A DNA stretch of 64,000 nt from a virus (lineage: Duplodnaviria; Caudoviricetes): positions 5,079 through 69,078 of IMG/VR virus record IMGVR_UViG_3300037418_001409, one strand, 5' to 3'. Below are positions 26,847 to 37,036 of the stretch, one piece after another; the first letter of the stretch is position 1, and every line of letters begins with the position of its first letter. Under the pieces are notes generated by a model, which was not told the origin of the DNA, ran no database searches, and saw nothing but the letters and a program-made list of their open reading frames with translations. A program made the translations under genes and the position numbers.

Positions 26847-27644
26847 TTACAGCGCTTCTAGCTTGATGTGTATGGCGTACTGCATGGCTGTTGCGCCGGA
26901 AGTGGCGTAGCCATTTGTCGAATACGTGATGTTCGTGCCGGCCGCGGCATTCACAATGACAGACCCCGTTCCGTATTGGCCTGCGGTGTTATTCGTTCCA
27001 GTAGACGTCACTGAATTTATCTCGGCGACATTCGCGTTCGCATCGGTCCATCCGATCGAGCAACTCGGCATCGTCGAGGAGGTCGTCGCGGCTTGCGTCA
27101 GTACCACATAGCAGGATGCTCGATAGAGACCGGCTTCGCCGGCGGGCACGGCATACAACGTGGTAGTGCCGATATTCGCAGCCTGGGCTGTCGCATCCGC
27201 GCCAGCATATTCCACCGCAGCACCATTTCCTATCGTCGATACGCCCTTGTAGGAAGTAATCGTTCCTGGGATAGCTAGAGTCGACGGGAGCCCGATGGTG
27301 ATGCTGCCAGCGCCATTAGTGACGGCGATTTGATTCGCCGTACCCGTGAGTGTCGACGCAACCGGCGCAGTTCCTGTCGAACCGATCAGTATTTGACCGT
27401 TGGTCGGCGCCGCCGTCGTGGAGAGCGCTTGGCTGGAGTTGGTGAAGACGAACGCATTCGCCGTCAGGCCGGTCACGGTCAGACTCGGCACCACAAGTGG
27501 TCCAGTCAGCGCGCCACCAGACATTGGCAGCACGTTTTCGAATGCACTATTGAGCTGGGCGGCTGTCAATATTTGTCCGGCAACGAACTGAGCATTTGCC
27601 GAAGAGCAGGCAAAAAGCAAGAGAAAGGCTAGGCGGCGGATCAT
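26847..27644 (-). CDS. Tail-module protein with a Sec-type signal-like peptide
   Basis: MIRRLAFLLLFACSSANA|QFVAGQILTAAQLN; Thr/Ala-rich beta content. Confidence 0.65.
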   Translation of the reverse strand: MIRRLAFLLLFACSSANAQFVAGQILTAAQLNSAFENVLPMSGGALTGPLVVPSLTVTGLTANAFVFTNSSQALSTTAAPTNGQILIGSTGTAPVASTLTGTANQIAVTNGAGSITIGLPSTLAIPGTITSYKGVSTIGNGAAVEYAGADATAQAANIGTTTLYAVPAGEAGLYRASCYVVLTQAATTSSTMPSCSIGWTDANANVAEINSVTSTGTNNTAGQYGTGSVIVNAAAGTNITYSTNGYATSGATAMQYAIHIKLEAL

Positions 27645-28045
27645 GCTAGTGTCGACTCGTTGAGGATGAATGTGTTGTCAAGCTGCGGCGCGACGATGGA
27701 AGAATCCACGTACGGCGTCAGGATTGCTCCGTTGTTGCATACGGCCGTGATGTCATAGACCGGCGGGAACGATCCCTGTCGACGCGTGATCGTCAGCGAA
27801 GCGAAGTAGGGCGCGAAATACTGCTGAATCTGATTGACGTAGAAGTCTGGGAAAACCTGTGTGACGATGGTCTGGTACTGCGGGATGCCGAGATTGGCGT
27901 AAAATGGGCTTTCCCCGAGATTCAGCTTCAGCGCCTGCGCTAGCGTGGTAAGCCAGCAATTGTCGTTGAAGCCGTTGGCGTCCGTTGTCACCTGGACCCA
28001 AGTTTTAGAGCCGTCCTCGTTTTGGATCCGCGCCCATGTACGCAT
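27641..28045 (-). CDS. Baseplate protein (gp25/W-like position)
   Basis: LKLNLGESPFYANLGIP; position in the tail module. Confidence 0.6.
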   Translation of the reverse strand: MRTWARIQNEDGSKTWVQVTTDANGFNDNCWLTTLAQALKLNLGESPFYANLGIPQYQTIVTQVFPDFYVNQIQQYFAPYFASLTITRRQGSFPPVYDITAVCNNGAILTPYVDSSIVAPQLDNTFILNESTLA

Positions 28046-28062
28046 TTGAAGTCCACTAATCT

Positions 28063-28707
28063 ATGTCTGACGAGCGTCCGCCGAGCTTCTTCTCGCACGA
28101 GAATCTATCGCGAATTTCTCGCGACTACTTAATGCTCGCGTTGTTCGTGAAAGGCCGGTCCGAGGCCTTCCAGTGCGCGCTTGATGTAGCAAAGAGAGCG
28201 CCTCTGTTTGTCGAGCGCAGTCTCGAAACGATGAAGATTTATGTCTGCGGCTTCTTCGCAACAGCCGAGGGAGCTGCGCAAGCCATAGATCTTATCCATT
28301 ACGTGCGCGGATGGAAGGGAACCCACTTCTATGCGCAAGGACGGATGATCATCGGTGAGATGGAGCCGGCATTCCACCTTGAGGCGGTCTTAAAATGCTT
28401 TTCGGACTCGTGCGCTGCTCGAGACTATCGAGCGCACTGCTTTCGACTGATCGATAATCCGTCTGATCCACTGGCGACCTATCGTAACTTTGATCATGTG
28501 GCGCCATACTTCCGCCATTTCGAAGTCAAATCGGAATATGGAACGTATGTTTTCCCGTGCGCTCACATGCTCAAGTGGTTTAGATCGCAGCGCGACCATC
28601 CCGCCTCGATCTCCGATCAGATTCAAGCGGAAGGAGTTGATAAGATGTGCGACGTCTGCCCGCGATTCGATCCATACGATTTCGGAGTAACAGTGAAGCG
28701 ACGCTAG
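28063..28707 (+). CDS. Antisense moron of unknown function inside the baseplate module
   Basis: 214-aa ORF on the opposite strand; its stop overlaps the stop of 28704-29360. Confidence 0.7.
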   Translation: MSDERPPSFFSHENLSRISRDYLMLALFVKGRSEAFQCALDVAKRAPLFVERSLETMKIYVCGFFATAEGAAQAIDLIHYVRGWKGTHFYAQGRMIIGEMEPAFHLEAVLKCFSDSCAARDYRAHCFRLIDNPSDPLATYRNFDHVAPYFRHFEVKSEYGTYVFPCAHMLKWFRSQRDHPASISDQIQAEGVDKMCDVCPRFDPYDFGVTVKRR

Positions 28708-29360
28708 TTGATCGGCGGGTCTGTCTGTGTCTTGGTGCCGCCGCCCGGGAAATATCCGTGCGTATGGTTCTCGTAGCTCTCGCCATTAATGATTAGACCC
28801 GATCCATTCAGCACAATCGTTTTTGACCCGAATGTCATCGTGATGCCCAGGGCATTGACGACCAGCGATGCCGTGCCGAATGTCAGAGTTACGCCTTGTT
28901 GGTTGACTACCGCGGACGAAGTCGTACCACTTGTCGTCTGGAGGATCGCGCCATTCGGGCCTTGAACCTGCGCTGCGTTTTGATCGATTGGGCCAGAGTT
29001 CGCGTTGCTGATCGGCACGAATACAAGCGCCGTCAAGTTGCCTCGCTGCGCCGCTGTCGCGGTACCCCCACCGAGTCCGGAAACTCCTCCGAGATACACG
29101 TCGGCCGGCATCGTGACGCCCTTATCACCAACCTGAGTGGGCATTCGAATCCAAGGACTCTCGGCCTTGGGGATCGTGATATTGGGAAGCGATTGAGGGT
29201 AGCTCTGAACCTCGAAGGCGACGGTAACAATCGCGCCACTAACCTTGACGACCCGACACGGCAAAGCCCGTCCGGTGTTCTGGATAGTCTGCCGAGCCCG
29301 GTTGATCGCAAGCTGGTTCGAGCTCTTCTGGATCGATAGCTTGTCGTAGTAATCAGCCAT
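28704..29360 (-). CDS. Baseplate spike/puncturing protein (OB fold plus beta-helix)
   Basis: ALPCRVVKV...P.QVGDKG; C-terminal HTH Fe-binding motif (ENHTHG). Confidence 0.75.
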   Translation of the reverse strand: MADYYDKLSIQKSSNQLAINRARQTIQNTGRALPCRVVKVSGAIVTVAFEVQSYPQSLPNITIPKAESPWIRMPTQVGDKGVTMPADVYLGGVSGLGGGTATAAQRGNLTALVFVPISNANSGPIDQNAAQVQGPNGAILQTTSGTTSSAVVNQQGVTLTFGTASLVVNALGITMTFGSKTIVLNGSGLIINGESYENHTHGYFPGGGTKTQTDPPIN

Positions 29361-30312
29361 TTGGACTCAACAGGCAGGTTGCGATGGTGACCCATTGCGA
29401 GGCTTCTGGGTTTCTAAAATTGCCTATCTGCCTTAGTTCCTGAACGATTAGGTTGCTTTGAAACGTCGTTTGGTACTTGACCTGCGACGGATAGGCGTTC
29501 GCCGTCGTTGTCACGAATCCGGGCGCATTCTGGTAGCCCTGTGGCATCTTGACGATCCCGCCCATGCGTAAGTCGGCTCGAGCAATCACTTTGATCTGGA
29601 TCGTGTTGACGGCGAGCCATGTCGGTTGTCCCACGAAGTCAGTGATGGCCAACTGGATTGGCGAAGGGGCGTATGTAGCGTCATATACGACGATCCGCCC
29701 AGCCTGAATTCCGATCGTGACGCGATTGTCAAACACGGCTTCGGTGATATCACCGACGACCTGCGCCAATTGGTCAATCGTTCCGCAGACGTGGATATCG
29801 TCGAATGCCTGGACCAGATCGCCGCTGATGTTCATGTCTACTGGCATACCAGGGTATGCCGTCGCGAAGGTCTGCTGCAGCGCGGTCGAGAGCGGCGTAC
29901 CGGCGGACCAATACAGGACGAAATCGCCCTGGTTGTCGATGGTGTAAATGCCCGGAATGACGACGAAATCTAGCGTCTGCTCAACTCCTTCCCAGTTGCC
30001 AAAGCACTGAAAGACTTGCCCTTTAAGAATCGATCCTGCTTGCGCTGGATTGGCCAGCGGTAGACCTGACTTCATGCCGGCCTTGAGCTCAAGAGTCATC
30101 CCGGCGAATTGTTGCGGCTGCGTCAAATCTTGGAGCGCTATGCCGCGGAGCGTGACCGTCGATGCCCCGGACGGGGTGCCATACGGACCGATTAGGGCAT
30201 CATATTCGATCTGCAACGCGCCGGGATCGAGAATTCCGCCTGGATGCGATGCCCATGTCCGGATCGGCGTCGTTTGCCCTTGTGGCGTAAGCGTGAGTTC
30301 GTAAAACCTCAA
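29353..30312 (-). CDS. Baseplate hub protein
   Basis: Position and size; LRQIGNFRNP..W.T motif. Confidence 0.65.
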   Translation of the reverse strand: MRFYELTLTPQGQTTPIRTWASHPGGILDPGALQIEYDALIGPYGTPSGASTVTLRGIALQDLTQPQQFAGMTLELKAGMKSGLPLANPAQAGSILKGQVFQCFGNWEGVEQTLDFVVIPGIYTIDNQGDFVLYWSAGTPLSTALQQTFATAYPGMPVDMNISGDLVQAFDDIHVCGTIDQLAQVVGDITEAVFDNRVTIGIQAGRIVVYDATYAPSPIQLAITDFVGQPTWLAVNTIQIKVIARADLRMGGIVKMPQGYQNAPGFVTTTANAYPSQVKYQTTFQSNLIVQELRQIGNFRNPEASQWVTIATCLLSPNG

Positions 30313-30587
30313 GGGTTGACCTCAATGTTGCCGGTGTCTTCTCGGAACAGGATTGTGGACGTCGAGAAAACACCGGGCGCCAGATGGATGTCATAGCCAA
30401 GTGGGGAACCCACCATCGCACCGATCCACTTCACCGATCCCGACTGATCCACAATCGACAGATACCAACGCTGACCGTAGATGTTCCACGCCACATTGCC
30501 GAGGTAGGCGGTGCCATCCAGCGTCAATTGTGCAGAGAATGGTGGCGACGAAGAATTGTTCGGAGCGAACTGAATCAGCGTCGTCAT
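30309..30587 (-). CDS. Small baseplate assembly protein
   Basis: FSAQLTLDG...WNIYGQRWYLSI. Confidence 0.6.
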   Translation of the reverse strand: MTTLIQFAPNNSSSPPFSAQLTLDGTAYLGNVAWNIYGQRWYLSIVDQSGSVKWIGAMVGSPLGYDIHLAPGVFSTSTILFREDTGNIEVNP

Positions 30588-31330
30588 AGTGCAGGCCTGC
30601 TCAGGTACTGATTGACTACGCCGGAGATTTGCCCGATGTTCGACAGCGCATTCTGGGCAGCCGAACCAACCGCCACTGCTGGATTGGACCAGAACGAAGT
30701 GCCAGCCGTTGTTGGCGGAGTGACTTGGCCGCCCGACGACAGTTTCGACATAAGCGAATTATACGTCTGCGTCAGTTGTTCACCGGTTACAAGCGGGCGC
30801 GTGAAATCAATCTGAAACTGCACCATCTGTTGACGACTCGACGCATCTCCGATGTCAGTCATCTGCAACATGAGGCAGTTCGTGAAGATGAAAGCCGGGG
30901 TAGCGATGTGGTAGCGGCCGCCCGCCGCATTGTGCGCGACCAACGAGTTTTGCAGCGACGTAAAGATGGCTAGCTTGGTCAAATAGCCGGCCGTGTCCTT
31001 CACGGGAGCGATCATTCGCAGCGAGATATTCAGCGGCTGCTGGATCGTCGCATTGGCCGCCACTGCCTGATTCGCGAAAGGATATGTAGCGACTTGCTGG
31101 CTAACCAGCGTCGAACCCGGCACCGGCAAGAACCGAGCAAAGAAATCGTCCTCACTCAGGCTTCCGCTTGATGCGGCCCCCTGGAATGCCGCGGCAAGCT
31201 GACCCGTCAGTCCGATGATTGGCAACATCCCGCCAATCGAATTCGACGCAATCCCGTCGACCAGAATGATCGGCGATACCTGGAAGGCAAGATCATAGGC
31301 GAACCGTGCAGCGTCGGAAATAGTGGCCAT
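30584..31330 (-). CDS. Tail tube initiator-like protein
   Basis: Directly after the tape measure gene; coupled. Confidence 0.55.
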   Translation of the reverse strand: MATISDAARFAYDLAFQVSPIILVDGIASNSIGGMLPIIGLTGQLAAAFQGAASSGSLSEDDFFARFLPVPGSTLVSQQVATYPFANQAVAANATIQQPLNISLRMIAPVKDTAGYLTKLAIFTSLQNSLVAHNAAGGRYHIATPAFIFTNCLMLQMTDIGDASSRQQMVQFQIDFTRPLVTGEQLTQTYNSLMSKLSSGGQVTPPTTAGTSFWSNPAVAVGSAAQNALSNIGQISGVVNQYLSRPAL

Positions 31331-31331
31331 A

Positions 31332-32954
31332 TCAATGAGGCGCTGCGTTTTGAGAAACGGCTACGCGTGCTGCAGTCGAGTTCGTGATGCTGATATTGAC
31401 GCCTTGACGTTGAGCCATCAAAGCGATGATCTTGCCGATATATTGCTGGGTTTCCCGCGGAGCATGAGCTTTCCAATTTGGACCGTTTGTGGCGACATCC
31501 TTGTCCAAATGCCCCATTCCCCAGTTGTACGCAGCAAGAGCCTTGCGAATGTCCCCGCCATAGCGCTTCAGTAGAAACGCGTCATATTGACCGCCAGCCA
31601 TTAACGATTGAGCCGGATCGAACGGATCAGTGACGCCGTATTGCTTGGCGGTCGCGTCCATCAGTTGCATCAATCCCTTGGCGCCTTTTGGAGAGACTGC
31701 GCGTGGGTTTCCACGGGATTCCACAAAAGATTGAGCCTCGAGCAACCCTGGCGGCAAGTTGGACATTGCTCCGATACCAGTCGGGTTAGCTCCGCTCCCG
31801 CTGAGGTGCGCAACCTTATCCTGGAATAGGCCAGCAGCAGAGCGCAGTCGATTTCCGAATATCCTGAGCCCGTGAACAACGCGCCCTTCGTTAGGTTGCT
31901 CTACGCCGGGATTTTCCAACGCGTTCAGTAGACTCTTTGCTTCAGGCCCCGCTACCTTCAACAGGCTAATCGCCGCCGCCGCTGCGGCGTCTCCCATCGT
32001 TTTCAGTTCTGGGGCGGCCTTGGCGAGTTGGTCGTTGAAGGTATTGACCACTTCCGCCCAATCCGATTTGAGGGCGGCTTTGACGTCGGATGCCTGATCC
32101 GCAGTGTTTTGATCGACCTCCGCTTTTTGTGCGGCCACGATCTCCTTCTGCTGCGCTTTCATCCATTCTTGATCGCTGTAGCTGGCTCCCGTGCGGAGTT
32201 GCTGCAGCGACAAGAAATCCGTAAAACCATACGCCTGAGCCATCGAGGCTGCGGGCATGCCGGCCTTCTGCCATTCCCGATATTTACCGCTGGCCGCTCG
32301 AGCGAAGTCATACGTCAGTTGCTCGGCGTCTTCGTTCTGAATCTGTTGCGGCGTGAGTCCTGCGGATATTAGGGCTCGCCATTTGCTGACGTCGCCCTGG
32401 GCGTTGGCGATGTTTCCTAGGTCCGACGCTCCGAGACCAAACTTCTCGAAATTTGCTCCGAAAGCCTGCGTCTGACCGATGCGAAGTCCCAACCCGCGCG
32501 ACTGCAAATTTTGGCCGGCTAAGGCATTGACCGAGCCAAAGACAGCAGCCGGTATCGTCATCGCCGAGCCGCCTAGCGCGCCGATCTTGAGTAGCACACC
32601 ACTCAATTTGGCGATGTCTTTGTGCATCTCCTTCGAGAACTTGGCCATGCGACCCATCTGGATCGCGCCGTCCTTGGCCTTGCCATTGAACTTGTCCTGC
32701 ACGCCCGTTGCCGAGCGCATTGCCTTGGTGATCGCGTCAGCCTGAATGGCAGCGATCATCAGGAATTCTTTGGAGGAGTGAGACGACTTGGCGAAGCCAT
32801 CCATCCCGCCGCCAGCATCATCGATCGCATCGACGACTTTCTTCCAGTCGTCCGGCATATCCTTGAGTTGCTCTTGATACGACGCGAACAACTCATAAAA
32901 TTCGCGAAATTGCCCGTCGCGAATTTCGATATCGACAATGCTCTTGGCCGTCAT
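31332..32954 (-). CDS. Tape measure protein with a C-terminal lytic transglycosylase (SLT) domain
   Basis: VESRGNPRAVSPKGAKGLMQLM...ALAAYNWG. Confidence 0.88.
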   Translation of the reverse strand: MTAKSIVDIEIRDGQFREFYELFASYQEQLKDMPDDWKKVVDAIDDAGGGMDGFAKSSHSSKEFLMIAAIQADAITKAMRSATGVQDKFNGKAKDGAIQMGRMAKFSKEMHKDIAKLSGVLLKIGALGGSAMTIPAAVFGSVNALAGQNLQSRGLGLRIGQTQAFGANFEKFGLGASDLGNIANAQGDVSKWRALISAGLTPQQIQNEDAEQLTYDFARAASGKYREWQKAGMPAASMAQAYGFTDFLSLQQLRTGASYSDQEWMKAQQKEIVAAQKAEVDQNTADQASDVKAALKSDWAEVVNTFNDQLAKAAPELKTMGDAAAAAAISLLKVAGPEAKSLLNALENPGVEQPNEGRVVHGLRIFGNRLRSAAGLFQDKVAHLSGSGANPTGIGAMSNLPPGLLEAQSFVESRGNPRAVSPKGAKGLMQLMDATAKQYGVTDPFDPAQSLMAGGQYDAFLLKRYGGDIRKALAAYNWGMGHLDKDVATNGPNWKAHAPRETQQYIGKIIALMAQRQGVNISITNSTAARVAVSQNAAPH

Positions 32955-33702
32955 GATCGCTTCAAGTGCTCAAGTAAGTAGCGCTGACGGTACTCGAGCG
33001 CCGATCGGTAGGGGGAATCGTATCGCTCGAACGTCTCAACGAATCCCTCCCTGGAAATCCAATTCAGGATGGAATCAAGAATGTTGCCGTTTTCGTAGCT
33101 TCGGCCTGCGTCGAGGTCCCCGAGGATCCGACGAACTCCATAGGCGCCGATGACGTAATCGACGCACCGAGCAGAGAAGCCGTTGCTTTCGCTGTCGTCT
33201 CGCGATCTGCTTTTCGGGCCATCGCATAGTGACAGGAGAAAAAAACGATGGACGACGCCACCTCCTCCCAATCTTCAGCGTCGATCTTGCCGTTTGAGAT
33301 AGCGGTATCGACGGGAAGCATGTCCCAACCATTCGACCCAGGGCAGAGGATCATCGTCAAGCGCTTCAACTCGGCGAAGAGGGCCTGCGTGTCTTCATCT
33401 CGCACGTTGCCATCTTCATCGAACAATCCGCGCGCTTGCGCGTCTTTTTTCCCCTCGTTGCGCAGTGTCAATGCCGCGACGCGGGGGCCGGCCAGAGTGA
33501 GGTAACTGCCCCCCTTGTTATACAAAGCTGCTTTCGTGGCCGCTAAGAGATGAAAGTACGTCTCAAACAATTCACGCGCGATCGGGCTGTGGTAGGCCCA
33601 TACCTTGACCACGTCTTCCGAAACTTCCTTTCCGTCGGCCTTTCGTGTGACCCTCTCGGTCACGACAGGAATCACTAGATTCCGCTTCTCATCAATTTTC
33701 AT
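32951..33702 (-). CDS. Tail assembly chaperone (33064-33702) with a probable -1 frameshift extension to 32951
   Basis: Sits between the tube and tape measure genes; the -1 frame is open to 32951 and has no suitable ATG. Confidence 0.6.
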
Positions 33703-33792
33703 CTCAATCCTTCATTGAGCCTTATGGAGGTGCCGCGGCAACCGGTAAGGGGCCGGCGTTCGGTTGCAAGCCTAGCCGCGGCTAAGTGATGC

Positions 33793-34236
33793 TCAGGTCG
33801 GAGTCCAGAGCGATCCGTTAATGTTGAATGAGCCTCGGAGCACGAGACGCACAACCGGATCGGTGCCGTCGAATGCTCCCGGCTCGATCGAGCGAATACC
33901 GACGTCGTTGATCGTGATCGCAGGAAACGCCGAGGTATCCGGATAAATCGTCACGTCGCCTAGCGTTGTAATCGTCTGCGCCTGCGCAAGCCACGCAGCC
34001 GAGAGGCCTTGAGACCGCAACAGACCCACGGCGATCGAAGCCATAACGTAAGGCTCCGGCGAGTTCACGACTCCGGTTGCCACTTCGATCTGCTGATTCC
34101 AATCGCCCTCAAATTCGATTCGAGCGAATGACTTGCCCATGAACTGCGGCGTGATATTCAGCGTTGGCGTCGACGGTACAACCACATGGCAGCGGACACG
34201 ATTTAAGGGGCCAGCAGCGAGGAAAGGATTTGCCAT
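33793..34236 (-). CDS. Tail tube protein
   Basis: 147 aa, follows the sheath gene. Confidence 0.7.
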   Translation of the reverse strand: MANPFLAAGPLNRVRCHVVVPSTPTLNITPQFMGKSFARIEFEGDWNQQIEVATGVVNSPEPYVMASIAVGLLRSQGLSAAWLAQAQTITTLGDVTIYPDTSAFPAITINDVGIRSIEPGAFDGTDPVVRLVLRGSFNINGSLWTPT

Positions 34237-34250
34237 TTTCTATTTCTCCC

Positions 34251-35576
34251 TTATCCCACAAACTGCACGGCCGACAGATTGAACGTCAGCGTGAGGAATC
34301 CGTTCTGACCAACCACCGTTGCCGCAAAGCCGTTGTAAATGCCGTTGTTGTAATCGCTCGGATTCTGCGCTGAGTAGGTCGAGAAAGGCACTGCCGTAAC
34401 CGTCGCGCTCAGCAGGCATCCAAACTGCACGGCTGAATTTGCGACGCCCTGTGCGATCGAAAGCAGCGTGTTGATGCCGTGCTGGTCATAGAGCAGAGGA
34501 GGATTGCTGTTCGAGCCATTCAAGACAGCGTTGGCGAGTGCTTGCTTGACCTGAATGCGGAACCAGTCCACGCCATACCACCACGCAGACTGCTCGCCAT
34601 CCATCGTCGTGCCTTTGTACAGGCTCGCAGTCGATACTCCGCCCTCAGCACCCGTGAGGATCAGGTTGCCGTAGTTCGTCAGAACGGTATTGATGTTCGT
34701 CTGATTGCCGACGAGCGTCCATGGCGTCACGCCGGACTGCCAGCGAAATGCCATCGGCGCGAGCTTGTTTGCGGACCCTGGATTATTCGACAACCAATCG
34801 TAGAATGCCGCCGCGCTTTGTTGTTCCGTACTTGGCGCGGCAGGGTTCGGCACGACCGCGAAAACAGCCTTATTGGCGGCATACGTCGGAAGATTTGCAA
34901 CCGTCGTGGTCACAAAGAAATACGTCTGTCCGCTCGGCGATTCGTAGTTTGCCGTCATCGTATTGAGTGCTGCAGCGGATGACGTGTCCCACGAGGCAGG
35001 CACCAAGTACGCATAGAAAACTTGCGGCGTGCTGTTGTTCGTGATCCACGTCTGCAACGCAGTGATAGCCGTTGCAGCAGTCATCGCCGCACCCAGCTCG
35101 AGCACATAGACGCCGACCGCATTCCCCTGCGCAAAGTGCGTCGTCTCGGCATTGTTCAAAAATGCCGAGTAGGGAGGCGTGTACGTTCCTGGCGTCGTTT
35201 CCGTGCCGGGATTCGGAGTCAAGGCAAACGTGAAAGTATTGGCTGCCGTGACAGTCGCGACGTACGTGCCGTTGTAGGCAGCCGGAACAGCGCCCGCAAT
35301 CGTGGTCACAAATGTTTGACCGGTCGATGCGCCAATTGCAGCGGTAGTCGTGACGGTAACTGTCCCGGACGACCATACCATGCTGGTGATGGCAAGAGGC
35401 GCCGCCAAAATGGCCTGCAGCTGGGACAACGTGCCGCAATACTGGTACGTTCCCGCCGTCAGTGTGGTGCCTCCGGCCGATACGATTGCGCCGCTCTGTT
35501 GAAGCTGATTAACGGTGGGCGCGCGTACAACGGTCGTATTGACCGTGACGATCGTCGGAGTGATGGTGGTTGCCAT
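34251..35576 (-). CDS. Tail sheath protein (DUF3383-like)
   Basis: WYGVDWFRIQVKQALAN...LYDQHGIN; size and position. Confidence 0.75.
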   Translation of the reverse strand: MATTITPTIVTVNTTVVRAPTVNQLQQSGAIVSAGGTTLTAGTYQYCGTLSQLQAILAAPLAITSMVWSSGTVTVTTTAAIGASTGQTFVTTIAGAVPAAYNGTYVATVTAANTFTFALTPNPGTETTPGTYTPPYSAFLNNAETTHFAQGNAVGVYVLELGAAMTAATAITALQTWITNNSTPQVFYAYLVPASWDTSSAAALNTMTANYESPSGQTYFFVTTTVANLPTYAANKAVFAVVPNPAAPSTEQQSAAAFYDWLSNNPGSANKLAPMAFRWQSGVTPWTLVGNQTNINTVLTNYGNLILTGAEGGVSTASLYKGTTMDGEQSAWWYGVDWFRIQVKQALANAVLNGSNSNPPLLYDQHGINTLLSIAQGVANSAVQFGCLLSATVTAVPFSTYSAQNPSDYNNGIYNGFAATVVGQNGFLTLTFNLSAVQFVG

Positions 35577-35594
35577 TTAGGCGGCCTCCGGCGG

Positions 35595-35960
35595 TTAGAT
35601 ATACGAGACGGCGATCGAACCTGCCGAGCCGGGCGTGACGACGATTCCGTTTGCGCAAGGCCAGTCGAGGACGTAGACCGTGCCAGCGGCGGGTGTTGCA
35701 GCCGAGAAGATCAAATTGGATGCAGCGGCGGCGCCAGTCGTCGCTGCATCATTGGCAGTGAGGTTTCCGGTGATCGTGCTGGTGACGACGATGCGCACAA
35801 GCCGTCCTGCGGTGGCCTTGACGGCCGTGGCAGCCGTGATGTTGTAGACGCCCGTCTTGCCCGATGCGACGTATTCATTGCCCGTCGCGTCGACGACGTT
35901 CATAACGAATTTGCCAGCGGGATTGACGGCGGTTGCTGCATTCAAAGGCGATTGGGGCAT
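35595..35960 (-). CDS. Small structural protein
   Basis: Ala/Thr-rich, beta-sandwich-like. Confidence 0.6.
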   Translation of the reverse strand: MPQSPLNAATAVNPAGKFVMNVVDATGNEYVASGKTGVYNITAATAVKATAGRLVRIVVTSTITGNLTANDAATTGAAAASNLIFSAATPAAGTVYVLDWPCANGIVVTPGSAGSIAVSYI

Positions 35961-35976
35961 GACACGCTCCGGAAAT

Positions 35977-36002
35977 AAAAAAAGCCCGCGCTAGGGCGGG
36001 CT
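35977..36002 (-). terminator. Rho-independent terminator
   Basis: AGCCCGC/GCGGGCT stem with a U-run. Confidence 0.7.
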
Positions 36003-36043
36003 GGATGATGTCTGGCGGGAAATCCGCCGAACGATTGGATCAA

Positions 36044-37036
36044 TTACTCGATTGCGGATCGATCAAGTACGAAGGTGCTACCCAACTTTCCTGGAACCGA
36101 GATCGACGAGAATCCTGCGGACAGAATCAGACGGCGAGCGATCGCATCTGCTGTTGATTGGAAATACCAAGCCTCAATATCAATCGTCTTCTTCATGGCG
36201 ATCACATTGAGCTCTGACTGAGTGCGCTTGTGATCTTTGATCGCGGGAGAGTTTCGGAATCCGAAATTGTCTGTGTTCAACGAGTAGTCGACCAAAGATG
36301 CGAAGTACTGGATCGCCATCGCGTTGGTGAATCCGTACAGCGTCAAGCGCACTCGATCGAGTGCGAGTTGCGAACTCGGTAGATCATGCAAAGGCGACGC
36401 ACCCGAATTCGCTCGCGTAGCACCGGGCCAAGCGTAGATCGGAAACGACGGCACTTCCGTCAAATCTGGATCGATGTGAGCAACGATGTACGGCGGCACG
36501 ACATTCGCTGGCACCAAGTACGAGGCATAAACCGGAGCCATGCTGTTTTGGCTGAGCCAGATCGGCAGACTGTTCGATACGATTGGCCCGACCGGCAAAT
36601 CTGCCGCGCTATTGACCAACTGCGAGGCAAGGGCCGGATAGACCGCGTTACCCTCATAGTGGTACAGGTTCGCTTGTTGGTAGAACGAACCGCGGGTATT
36701 GAATGAAAACTGAATGCCGTTGAACGTTCCAATCCAAAGGACGCCCGGTGCTATCGTGTTGAACGAATCTACCTGCGAGAGAGAGGTGAAGATGATGCGA
36801 TTGATATCGATCGTCTCATCTTCGTTCTGCTCTTGATGCGTCGCATAATGGAGCGACCCTTGCGCCGTAGTTGTTATCCCCGTCGCAACCCAGAAGACAG
36901 ATGCATCCGGAGAAACGATCTGCTGGGTGTACTGCGTAAAAGTGATCTGCTGGTTGAGCGAAAGCGTGTTGACGCCAGCCGCCAGGGTATCCGCAAGTTG
37001 GTCTTGCGAATTCATCGACTCAGCGATTGATGGCAT
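36044..37036 (-). CDS. Neck/tail-completion protein
   Basis: Position between the head and sheath genes. Confidence 0.55.
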   Translation of the reverse strand: MPSIAESMNSQDQLADTLAAGVNTLSLNQQITFTQYTQQIVSPDASVFWVATGITTTAQGSLHYATHQEQNEDETIDINRIIFTSLSQVDSFNTIAPGVLWIGTFNGIQFSFNTRGSFYQQANLYHYEGNAVYPALASQLVNSAADLPVGPIVSNSLPIWLSQNSMAPVYASYLVPANVVPPYIVAHIDPDLTEVPSFPIYAWPGATRANSGASPLHDLPSSQLALDRVRLTLYGFTNAMAIQYFASLVDYSLNTDNFGFRNSPAIKDHKRTQSELNVIAMKKTIDIEAWYFQSTADAIARRLILSAGFSSISVPGKLGSTFVLDRSAIE

